Assembly (NCBI GenBank): GCA_946613765.1
Contig: CAMOFW010000002.1
Coordinates: 1 to 32,437, forward strand
DNA from: an uncultured Mycoplasmatota bacterium
Lineage (GTDB): Bacteria; Bacillota_I; Bacilli_A; RF39; UBA660
Length of the DNA: 32,437 nt
Direction of reading: 5' to 3'
A program made the position numbers and the translations under genes. Below the pieces are notes generated by a model. It was not told the origin of the DNA, made no database searches, and saw nothing but the letters and a program-made list of their open reading frames with translations. Below are positions 25,531 to 32,437 of this stretch, piece by piece (the first letter of the stretch is position 1; each line of letters starts with the position of its first letter).

Positions 25531-25539
25531 TGTTATAAT
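25531..25539 (+). promoter_or_regulatory. Extended -10 (TGTTATAAT) for rplI-dnaB
   Basis: TG lies at 25531..25532 and TATAAT at 25534..25539. Confidence 0.5.
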
Positions 25540-25566
25540 TAAATATACAGATTGGATGTGATTTTG

Positions 25567-26007
25567 ATGAAAGTTATATTACTACAAGATGTTAAAAAAC
25601 AAGGTAAAAAAGATGATATTATAGACGTATCTGATGGATATGCTAAAAACTTCTTAATAAAGAATAAATTAGCAGTACCAGCAAGTACTAAAGCAAAAGA
25701 AGTTCTTCAAGATCAAAAAGATAAAAGAGCTCAAGACGAACAAATATTCGTTGATGAGTGTAATAAATTAAAAAACAAATTAATTAAAGAAAAATTAGAG
25801 TTTACTGTTAAAACTGGAGCAGGGGATAAAGTATTCGGTCAAGTATCAGTAAAACAAATCCATTCTAAACTTCAAGAGTTAGGCTATAAGATAGATAAGA
25901 AGTGTATTCATATAACAACACCAATTACGTCTTTAGGTCAAACTGAAGTTGAAATTGAATTACATAAGAAGGTTAAATTTAATATTATTGTAACATTAAA
26001 AAAGTAG
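25567..26007 (+). CDS. rplI: 50S ribosomal protein L9
   Basis: ORF track 25552..26007. I prefer ATG 25567 ([31 protein letters not shown], the canonical L9 N-terminus), preceded by GGATGTGA. Confidence 0.95.
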   Translation: MKVILLQDVKKQGKKDDIIDVSDGYAKNFLIKNKLAVPASTKAKEVLQDQKDKRAQDEQIFVDECNKLKNKLIKEKLEFTVKTGAGDKVFGQVSVKQIHSKLQELGYKIDKKCIHITTPITSLGQTEVEIELHKKVKFNIIVTLKK

Positions 26008-26019
26008 GGAGGTTTTAGT

Positions 26020-27366
26020 ATGCCAGTTAGAAAAATGCCACAAAACTTAGAAGCAGAAATGGCGGTATTAGGTGTTGCTTTTATAGATAAAAATGCTACA
26101 TCAAAGATTTGTGAAGAATTAACTAGTGATATGTTCTATTCTGATCAAAATAAAAAAATCTTTGAAGCCATTAAATCTATGTATGAAAGTAAAACTCCAA
26201 TAGATATTACTACTATAACTGAAGAATTAGATAAAAAGAAAAATTTATCTGCAATAGGTGGAATAGAGTATTTATCAGAAGTTATTGATAGTGTTGCTAC
26301 AACATCTAATTTAGATTACTATATTAAAATAGTAAAAGATAAAGCTATTGCAAGATACCTAATCGATACTGCTAATGAAATTGTAACTGATGCATACGAT
26401 TATGGTGATGATATAACAAGATTATTAGATAAATCAGAAATGAATATCTTAAATGTTGTTAAATCAAGAAGAACTTCAGAATTTTCTACAATAAATGATG
26501 TATTAAAAAGAGCTAGAGAACAATTAGATTTCTTAGCTAAAAATAAATCTGCATTATCTGGACTTTCAACTGGATTTAAAGTTCTAGATAGAGCAACAAC
26601 AGGTTTCCATGGTGGTGAAGTTATAATCATTGCTGCTCGTCCAGGTATGGGTAAAACAGCATTTGCTCTAAACATAGCTGTAGGTGCTGCTAAATCTACA
26701 ACTAAAGCAGTTGCAATATTCAACTTAGAAATGCCAGCAGAACAATTAGTTAACCGTATGATTAGTGCAAAAGGTGCCATTGAAGGTAGAAAACTTCAAA
26801 CAGGTCAATTAATGCCTAATGATTGGAATAGATATAACGAAGCAGTAGCAGAACTTGCTTCAACAAACATTTACATCGAAGACAATGCTTCAATTACTGC
26901 ATCTGATATTAGAGCTAAATGTAGAAGATTAGCACAAAGTCCTGAAGGTTTAGGACTAGTAGTAATCGACTACTTACAGTTAGTTACACTTGGTGGAAAA
27001 CGTCCAGATTCACGTCAACAAGAAGTTCAAGAAATTTCAAGAGCATTAAAATTAATGGCTTTAGAACTTAACGTTCCAGTTATAGCTTTAGCCCAATTAA
27101 ACCGTGCTTCTGAAAAATCTAAAACAGAACCAATGTTATCAGATTTAAGAGAATCAGGTTCAATAGAACAAGATGCCGATATCGTTATGTTTATTAATAG
27201 AGAAGATTATTATAAAGCTAAAGAAGAATTAGGTAAGAATATCAATTCAATAACTGATATAATAATTGCAAAACACAGAAAAGGTGGAGTAGGTAAGTTC
27301 CAATTAATGTTCCAACCAACAATAATGAACTTTACTGAAATAGCCGAAGTAAAGGAAAGTGAATAA
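26020..27366 (+). CDS. dnaB: Replicative DNA helicase (DnaB family; DnaC in B. subtilis nomenclature)
   Basis: ORF track, 448 aa. The N-terminus is PQNLEAEMAVLG, Walker A is AARPGMGKTAFALN, Walker B is VVIDYLQL, and SGSIEQDADIV is present. There is no intein. SD GGGAGG is present. Confidence 0.97.
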   Translation: MPVRKMPQNLEAEMAVLGVAFIDKNATSKICEELTSDMFYSDQNKKIFEAIKSMYESKTPIDITTITEELDKKKNLSAIGGIEYLSEVIDSVATTSNLDYYIKIVKDKAIARYLIDTANEIVTDAYDYGDDITRLLDKSEMNILNVVKSRRTSEFSTINDVLKRAREQLDFLAKNKSALSGLSTGFKVLDRATTGFHGGEVIIIAARPGMGKTAFALNIAVGAAKSTTKAVAIFNLEMPAEQLVNRMISAKGAIEGRKLQTGQLMPNDWNRYNEAVAELASTNIYIEDNASITASDIRAKCRRLAQSPEGLGLVVIDYLQLVTLGGKRPDSRQQEVQEISRALKLMALELNVPVIALAQLNRASEKSKTEPMLSDLRESGSIEQDADIVMFINREDYYKAKEELGKNINSITDIIIAKHRKGGVGKFQLMFQPTIMNFTEIAEVKESE

Positions 27367-27370
27367 CAAT

Positions 27371-28882
27371 ATGTCTAAGAAAAATAGAATGAAAGCTATT
27401 ATTATCACTTTAATATTAGCCGTATTTGTTTTTCTAGCGGGGTTTACAAATGAAGATAATAAAATGCTTACTGTTAAATACCAAGTTTATTTAGATGGTA
27501 ATGCAATAGGTATTATAAGTGATACAAAAGAATTATATGCTTTAATCAATAAAGAACAATCACAAATTAAAGATGAATACAATGTAGATCAAGTATATCC
27601 ACCAAAAGGTTTTGAAATTGAATCATACTTAACTTATAATGATTCATTATCATCAGTAGGGGATATCTATAATCAAATTAAAAATTCTAAATCATTTACT
27701 GTTAAAGGGTATACAGCAACTATTTCAAATCAAGCAACTGAAAACGAAGATGCTAAAGTAAAATTTAAAGTTAATGTTTTAGATAAAAAAATATTTGAAG
27801 ATGCAATCAATAACGTAATTAAATCATTTGTTAATGGTGATAGATATCAAGCTTATATTAATAATGAACAAGTAGAAATCAAAGATACTGGATCCTTAAT
27901 TGAAAATATCTATTTTAAAGAAAATATTACAATTAAAGAAAACTATTTAAGTATTGATGATAAGATATTTACAAATAGTGATGAATTAACTAAATTCTTA
28001 TTATTTGGTGATATTAATGCTACTAAAAATTATGTTATAAAAAGAGGAGATACTATTAAATCAATCTCTGATGATAACAAACTTAATACATCAGAATTCT
28101 TAATAGCAAATCCACAATATAAAAAAGATACAAATATCTTAGCTGTAGGGGATATTGTTAACGTTGCCTTAGCTAATCCACAATTAACACTAGTATCTGA
28201 AGAATACGTTATCGAAGATACTGAAGTTAAGTATGATATAGATGTTAAATACGATACTAAAAAACCAACAAGTTATAAAGTTGTTGAAACTAAAGGTCAA
28301 AATGGTATTCAAAGAGTTGCTAAACATATATCTTATATAAATGGTGCAATTCAAGAAGAATCATCAATTGATAAAGAACATACCTATATGTTAAAAGAAG
28401 TTGTTAATGAAGTTATTGTAAGAGGTAGCATGAATTACCAAGAAAATATTACTGGATACTATGTTGACAATGGACAAAGTTGGGCATGGCCTACAAACTC
28501 ACCATACGTTATTTCATCTGGTTATGGATGGCGTTGGGGTGCATTCCATGCAGGTCAAGATATCACAGGTACAGGTTATGGTTCACCAATCTACTCAATT
28601 GGTAATGGTGAAGTAATTCAATCTGGATGGGGTGGTATGGGTGGTAGTGATGCCGGTCTAAACATCGTAATTGATCACAAGAACGGATATTACTCTCTAT
28701 ATGCTCACCTTAGTGATACATATGTTCAAGTTGGCGATAAAGTAAGTAGAAAACAAAAAATCGGAGCAATGGGTAAGAGTGGTGTAGCAACAGGTACACA
28801 CTTACATTTAACTATTTCAATCGGAGCTCCTCCATATCAACCTGGATATAGATTTATTAACCCACTAGATTTATGGAAATAA
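27371..28882 (+). CDS. Secreted/membrane-anchored peptidoglycan hydrolase: LysM, G5-like, intact M23 metallopeptidase
   Basis: ORF track 27359..28882. I prefer ATG 27371 (MSKKNRMKAIIITLILAVFVFLAG). The LysM segment is YVIKRGDTIKSISDDNKLNTSEFLIANP. The G5-like segment is KVVETKGQNGIQRVAKHISYINGA. M23 ligands are intact (FHAGQDI, YAHL, GTHLHL). Confidence 0.85.
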   Translation: MSKKNRMKAIIITLILAVFVFLAGFTNEDNKMLTVKYQVYLDGNAIGIISDTKELYALINKEQSQIKDEYNVDQVYPPKGFEIESYLTYNDSLSSVGDIYNQIKNSKSFTVKGYTATISNQATENEDAKVKFKVNVLDKKIFEDAINNVIKSFVNGDRYQAYINNEQVEIKDTGSLIENIYFKENITIKENYLSIDDKIFTNSDELTKFLLFGDINATKNYVIKRGDTIKSISDDNKLNTSEFLIANPQYKKDTNILAVGDIVNVALANPQLTLVSEEYVIEDTEVKYDIDVKYDTKKPTSYKVVETKGQNGIQRVAKHISYINGAIQEESSIDKEHTYMLKEVVNEVIVRGSMNYQENITGYYVDNGQSWAWPTNSPYVISSGYGWRWGAFHAGQDITGTGYGSPIYSIGNGEVIQSGWGGMGGSDAGLNIVIDHKNGYYSLYAHLSDTYVQVGDKVSRKQKIGAMGKSGVATGTHLHLTISIGAPPYQPGYRFINPLDLWK

Positions 28883-28906
28883 AAGTAGTCTAATAACTAC
28901 TTTTTT
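28881..28906 (+). terminator. Intrinsic terminator after the M23 gene
   Basis: AAAAGTAGT (28881..28889) pairs with ACTACTTTT (28896..28904). The loop is 6 nt and a T-run follows. Confidence 0.65.
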
Positions 28907-28949
28907 ATTTTATATATTTATAATATAATTATTACTAAGGAGTGTTTAT

Positions 28950-29852
28950 ATGTCAAAAGTGTTAGAAGTAAAAAATTTAAACAAATATTTTGGTAAAAAA
29001 CAAGTATTACACGATGTAAGCTTTGATTTAGAAGAGGGTGAAATACTTGGATTTATCGGACCTAATGGTGCTGGTAAAACAACAACTATTAAATTAATAC
29101 TTGGACTACAGTCAATCAGTAAGGGTGAAGTATTTATTAATGGTTATAATGTAAAAAAAGATTTTTCAAAAGCTATAGCTTCAGTAGGAGCAATAGTAGA
29201 ATCACCTGACCTTTATATGTATTTAACAGGTAGACAAAACTTAAAATTAATGTCTAGTTATTATAAAGGTATAACTAAAGAAGATATTGATAGGGTAATT
29301 AAACTAGTTGGATTAGAACATAGAATAGATGATAAAGTATCCAAATACTCATTAGGTATGAGACAAAGACTAGGTATAGCAGCATCATTGCTACATAAGC
29401 CTAAATTATTAATTCTAGATGAACCAACTAATGGTTTGGATCCTGAAGGAATTAAAGAAATGAGAGAATTACTTAAGAATCTAGCTAAAAAGAAGATAGC
29501 TATTCTAATTTCTTCTCATAACTTATCTGAATTAGAAAGTTTTATTACAACTGCATGTGTTATTCAAAATGGTAAAGTAATATCAACTTCAAGTGTTAAA
29601 AAACTAAAACAAAAGAGTACAACAACATTTAAAATTGATTTAAATACTACGAAAGGTATAGATAAAGTCCTAAATGATAACTACGAAATAATAGATGAAG
29701 ATTCAATTGAACTATATGTAGAAAAAGAAGAAATAACTAAATATATTAAGAAATTAATAGATAATAAATATGATATTTATCAAGTAGTTAAAGAAGAATT
29801 ATCACTTGAAGAAGCATTTATTCAAATGACAGGAGGTAATAAAATTGATTAA
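28950..29852 (+). CDS. ABC transporter ATP-binding protein (ABC-2/DrrA-like subfamily)
   Basis: ORF track, 300 aa. Walker A is GPNGAGKTT, the signature is YSLGMRQRLGIA, Walker B is LLILDEPTNGLD and the H-loop is SSHNL. SD AAGGAG is present. Confidence 0.93.
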   Translation: MSKVLEVKNLNKYFGKKQVLHDVSFDLEEGEILGFIGPNGAGKTTTIKLILGLQSISKGEVFINGYNVKKDFSKAIASVGAIVESPDLYMYLTGRQNLKLMSSYYKGITKEDIDRVIKLVGLEHRIDDKVSKYSLGMRQRLGIAASLLHKPKLLILDEPTNGLDPEGIKEMRELLKNLAKKKIAILISSHNLSELESFITTACVIQNGKVISTSSVKKLKQKSTTTFKIDLNTTKGIDKVLNDNYEIIDEDSIELYVEKEEITKYIKKLIDNKYDIYQVVKEELSLEEAFIQMTGGNKID

Positions 29853-31254
29853 GGCAACTAAAAATGAACTATATAAAATATTTCATAAGAAATTTATTTA
29901 TTTAGTATTAATTATAACAGTAGTATTTACAATATTATTCGGTGTTTTAGATGTTTTAAGTAATGAAGATGATTCATATGATAATAATATTAATATGTCT
30001 AAACATTCAATGGAAATACTAGAAACTAATGGATTAGCAACATCATCAGATTATGCTTACCAAAAGTCTTTAGTAGAAATGTATACATTATTAAAAGATA
30101 GAAATATAGACCCCAAATCTCCAGAGGCTTACTATATACAAAATACTTTATTTAGCTATATTAATCAATATAATTTGTTATTAGTAGAAAATGATATAAA
30201 AGAATTAATTGATAATGCTAAAATTGAAATGGATAAGTCAATTAAAAGACTAGATAATTTTGATTGGAAAGAATTAGTTCAAGAAAGAATTAATGAAGAA
30301 CAAAATCAAAAATGTACAGATCAAAATTGTGAAGAAATAAAAAAAGAAACAATTAGAGTATTAGAGTATAGAATAAATCATGATATACCATTTACCAATA
30401 CAAATGCTTCAAGTTATATAGAAGAATATATATCATTATATTCACAATATATCAATGTAAAAGATTCTAATGATGAATTATTAAATTATAATGATTTATA
30501 TGAAAAGAAACAATTAGAAAGACAAATTAGTGAAATGCAATATATGCTTGATCATGAAATATATACTAGTAGTTTTACTGATGCTAACACAGGTAATAAA
30601 ATGATTGATGAGTTTTCTTATCCTAATGTAATGATAGCAATTGTTGTAATAGTATTAAGTGCAACAGTTGTATCAGAAGAATTTAGTAAAGGAACTATTA
30701 AACAATTACTCGTTAAACCATTCTCAAGAAATAAAATAATTATTTCTAAGATGTTAGCAGTACTAATTACGTCTATAGCATTTACTTTTGCATTTAATAT
30801 AATATCAACAGTAATTCAAGGAATATTTGAAGGAGACTTAATTACAATATTTGGTAATGATATAGTATATAACTTTAATACTAAGAAATGTATTGAAATT
30901 AGTTATATTATGGAATCATTAATAGCATTTATTTATGCACTACCTATGATAATTTTATTAGGAATCTTTGTATTTGCACTTTCAACAATTACTACAAATG
31001 CACCATTTGCGCTTGGTATGGGATTTGGAGCATATCTTTCAGAAAGTGTATTCCAATTATTAATACGTAGAGCAAGTCTAATATCTTATGCTCCAACATT
31101 AAATTATAATTTATCACCATACATGTTTGGTGGTATAAATAGCATAAAAGAATTATACTTATCAAAAGCTATAGCTGTTGATTTAGTATCATTTGTAGTT
31201 CTATTTATATTAATAATAATTGTATTTAACAAAAAAGATATTAAAAATCAATAA
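29845..31254 (+). CDS. ABC-2 type permease with a ~220-aa hydrophilic domain between TM1 and TM2
   Basis: ORF track, 469 aa. The TTG start is 8 nt after AGGAGG and overlaps the ATPase stop by 8 nt. TM1 spans residues ~17-37, followed by a hydrophilic region up to ~255 (includes QKCTDQNCEE) and then about five TM helices. Confidence 0.85.
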   Translation: MIKATKNELYKIFHKKFIYLVLIITVVFTILFGVLDVLSNEDDSYDNNINMSKHSMEILETNGLATSSDYAYQKSLVEMYTLLKDRNIDPKSPEAYYIQNTLFSYINQYNLLLVENDIKELIDNAKIEMDKSIKRLDNFDWKELVQERINEEQNQKCTDQNCEEIKKETIRVLEYRINHDIPFTNTNASSYIEEYISLYSQYINVKDSNDELLNYNDLYEKKQLERQISEMQYMLDHEIYTSSFTDANTGNKMIDEFSYPNVMIAIVVIVLSATVVSEEFSKGTIKQLLVKPFSRNKIIISKMLAVLITSIAFTFAFNIISTVIQGIFEGDLITIFGNDIVYNFNTKKCIEISYIMESLIAFIYALPMIILLGIFVFALSTITTNAPFALGMGFGAYLSESVFQLLIRRASLISYAPTLNYNLSPYMFGGINSIKELYLSKAIAVDLVSFVVLFILIIIVFNKKDIKNQ

Positions 31255-31255
31255 T

Positions 31256-31281
31256 AAAAAGATAGCATTAGCTATCTTTTT
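31256..31281. terminator. Bidirectional terminator between the convergent permease and MBOAT genes
   Basis: AAGATAGC (31259..31266) pairs with GCTATCTT (31271..31278). The loop is ATTA, and the stem is flanked by an A-run and a T-run. Confidence 0.65.
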
Positions 31282-32437
31282 TTAAAATCTAAAATATATA
31301 AATGGATTATAACTTCCAACTACTATAAATACTATTGTTAATAAGAATACAATTATTAACAACATTTCAAAACACTCAGAATCTTTAAACTTTTTAGGTA
31401 ATACATTATAAGAAAATATAATACCTAGTATAAATGCTAATATATATCTAAATGAGAATATACCAGTATATAATAAATTACTTAATGAACCAAATCCATA
31501 ACATCCAAATAATGTTTTAAATGCAATTCCTAATTCATTAAAGTTAGTTTCTCTAAATATTAACCAACCAATATTAATAATAATTAATGTAATAATATGA
31601 TAAAAATACTTATTTTTAATTTTATCATTAATTAAGAACTTCTCAATTAATAATAATATTCCATAATATAATCCCCATATAATAAAGTTCCATTCAGCAC
31701 CATGCCATAGTCCTGTTAATATCCATACTATCATTATATTTCTAATATGTTTTAATTTAGTAGTTTTAGATCCTCCTAAAGGTATATATACATAATCTTT
31801 AAAGAATGATGAAAGTGATATATGCCATCTTCTCCAAAAATCTGTAATAGATTTAGCAGAATAAGGATATACAAAATTTTCCATATATTTAAATCCACAT
31901 ATTCTACCTAAACCAATAGCCATGTCACTATAACCACTAAAGTCATAATATATTTGTAATGTATAAGATATTATCGCTATAACTACACCGATAAATCCTG
32001 TATTTTGTATTCCAAAACTAAATAAACTATCACAAATAAATGCTACATTATTAGCTATTAATACTTTCTTAGCTAAACCTAATATAAATCTCTTAATACC
32101 GTAATTAATGTCTTCACTAGTACTTGTTCTTTCATTTAATTCTTTTTCAATATCACTATATCTAACTATTGGACCAGCAATTAACTGTGGAAAAGCACTA
32201 ATGTATGTTGCTAACTTAATAATATTTCTTTGTACATTAACTTTCTTTCTATAAACATCAATAACATATGATAATATTTGGAATGTATAAAAACTTATAC
32301 CAATAGGTAATGATAAATTAATATTATCAATACTTAAACTAAATAATGCATTTATATTATTAATAAAGAAATTAACATACTTAAATGAGAATAATAATCC
32401 AATATTAAATACAATTAATACAATTAATAATCCTTTA
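31282..32437 (-). CDS. MBOAT family O-acyltransferase (AlgI/DltB/PatA-like), 5'-truncated by the window end
   Basis: The ORF track lists only 31282..31923, from an internal Met. I translated the same frame upstream and it stays open to 32437. It reads ...LPIGISFYTFQILSYVIDVYR...FPQLIAGPIVRYSDIE...QIYYDFSGYSDMAIGLGRICGF...WRRWHISLSSFFKDYVYIPLGGS...WHGA, which are the hallmark MBOAT motifs. Confidence 0.9.
   Translation of the reverse strand, partial: KGLLIVLIVFNIGLLFSFKYVNFFINNINALFSLSIDNINLSLPIGISFYTFQILSYVIDVYRKKVNVQRNIIKLATYISAFPQLIAGPIVRYSDIEKELNERTSTSEDINYGIKRFILGLAKKVLIANNVAFICDSLFSFGIQNTGFIGVVIAIISYTLQIYYDFSGYSDMAIGLGRICGFKYMENFVYPYSAKSITDFWRRWHISLSSFFKDYVYIPLGGSKTTKLKHIRNIMIVWILTGLWHGAEWNFIIWGLYYGILLLIEKFLINDKIKNKYFYHIITLIIINIGWLIFRETNFNELGIAFKTLFGCYGFGSLSNLLYTGIFSFRYILAFILGIIFSYNVLPKKFKDSECFEMLLIIVFLLTIVFIVVGSYNPFIYFRF

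Noticed and set aside
26400-26780. A 126-aa ORF antisense inside dnaB
   Set aside because: It lies fully inside the Walker A/B region of the replicative helicase on the opposite strand. Its composition is that of an A/S/L/P-rich mirror frame, and I see no SD or promoter.
9132-27370. Upstream-extended start codons used by the ORF track for mnmE (9132), mnmG (10503), the hypothetical gene (13141), the PBP (17740) and spoIIR (20483). The same applies to rpmE (22961), rpiB (23280), DUF1146 (23719), rplI (25552) and the M23 gene (27359).
   Set aside because: In each case a downstream ATG is preceded at 5-9 nt by a GGAGG/GGTGA-like SD and yields the conserved family N-terminus. The extended codons overlap the SD itself or the preceding gene. 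The stop coordinates are unaffected.
31282-31923. Treating the 213-aa ORF as a complete gene
   Set aside because: The Met at 31923 is internal (SDMAIGLG motif), and the frame is open to the window end with MBOAT N-terminal motifs.
1-32437. Mollicutes-type genetic code (TGA = Trp)
   Set aside because: Trp is encoded by TGG throughout. All conserved genes have full expected lengths under the standard code, and TGA terminates the 22353..22898 ORF just before the rpmE promoter.
1-32437. A search for tRNA/rRNA genes, CRISPR arrays, IS elements, integrases, prophage or defence-island content
   Set aside because: There are no GC-rich structured islands, no regularly spaced direct repeats and no transposase/recombinase-like ORFs. 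No unexplained gap exceeds the 367-bp oriC spacer, and the window is contiguous core-genome synteny.

Overview
This is an AT-rich chromosomal replication-origin region of Bacillota type, read in reverse orientation, roughly 25-30% GC by eye. The delta subunit rpoE and a ComK homologue point to Bacilli/Erysipelotrichia, and spoIIR/spoIID/spoIIQ-like genes point to an endospore former. Standard genetic code applies. Minus-strand genes gyrA(partial)<-gyrB<-recF<-comK-like<-dnaN<-dnaA diverge from a DnaA-box-rich oriC at about 6.7-7.0 kb. On the plus strand follow rpmH, rnpA, yidC, jag, mnmE, mnmG, rsmG, an orphan hypothetical gene and a Noc-like ParB with a very long disordered insert. Next come a head-on class A PBP, a DUF1934-like gene, rpoE, prfA, prmC, spoIIR, murA, a small membrane protein, rpmE, rpiB, a DUF1146 protein, spoIID and a degenerate-LytM SpoIIQ-like gene. 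The window ends with rplI, dnaB, a LysM-G5-M23 peptidase, an ABC-2 transporter pair and a convergent MBOAT gene that runs off the window end. Coding density is very high and every intergenic gap is under 370 bp. I see no rRNA, tRNA, CRISPR array, transposase, integrase or phage genes. I do not find a clear novel multi-gene system, and the region is mostly core housekeeping. The observations most worth a second look are: (1) a ComK-family regulator in the dnaN-recF slot, with tandem Spo0A-box/DnaA-box-like repeats upstream. (2) The canonical rsmG-noc-soj-spo0J module reduced to an orphan 357-aa gene plus a single Noc-like ParB. This ParB lacks the N-terminal membrane helix and carries a roughly 255-aa acidic/proline-rich insert with repeated short motifs. 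(3) A bipartite oriC built from TATTCACA-type boxes. (4) A SpoIIQ-like protein with most LytM catalytic residues lost, whose ribosome-binding site lies in a perfect 8-bp hairpin. All family calls rest on motif recognition by eye and memory; no searches were run.
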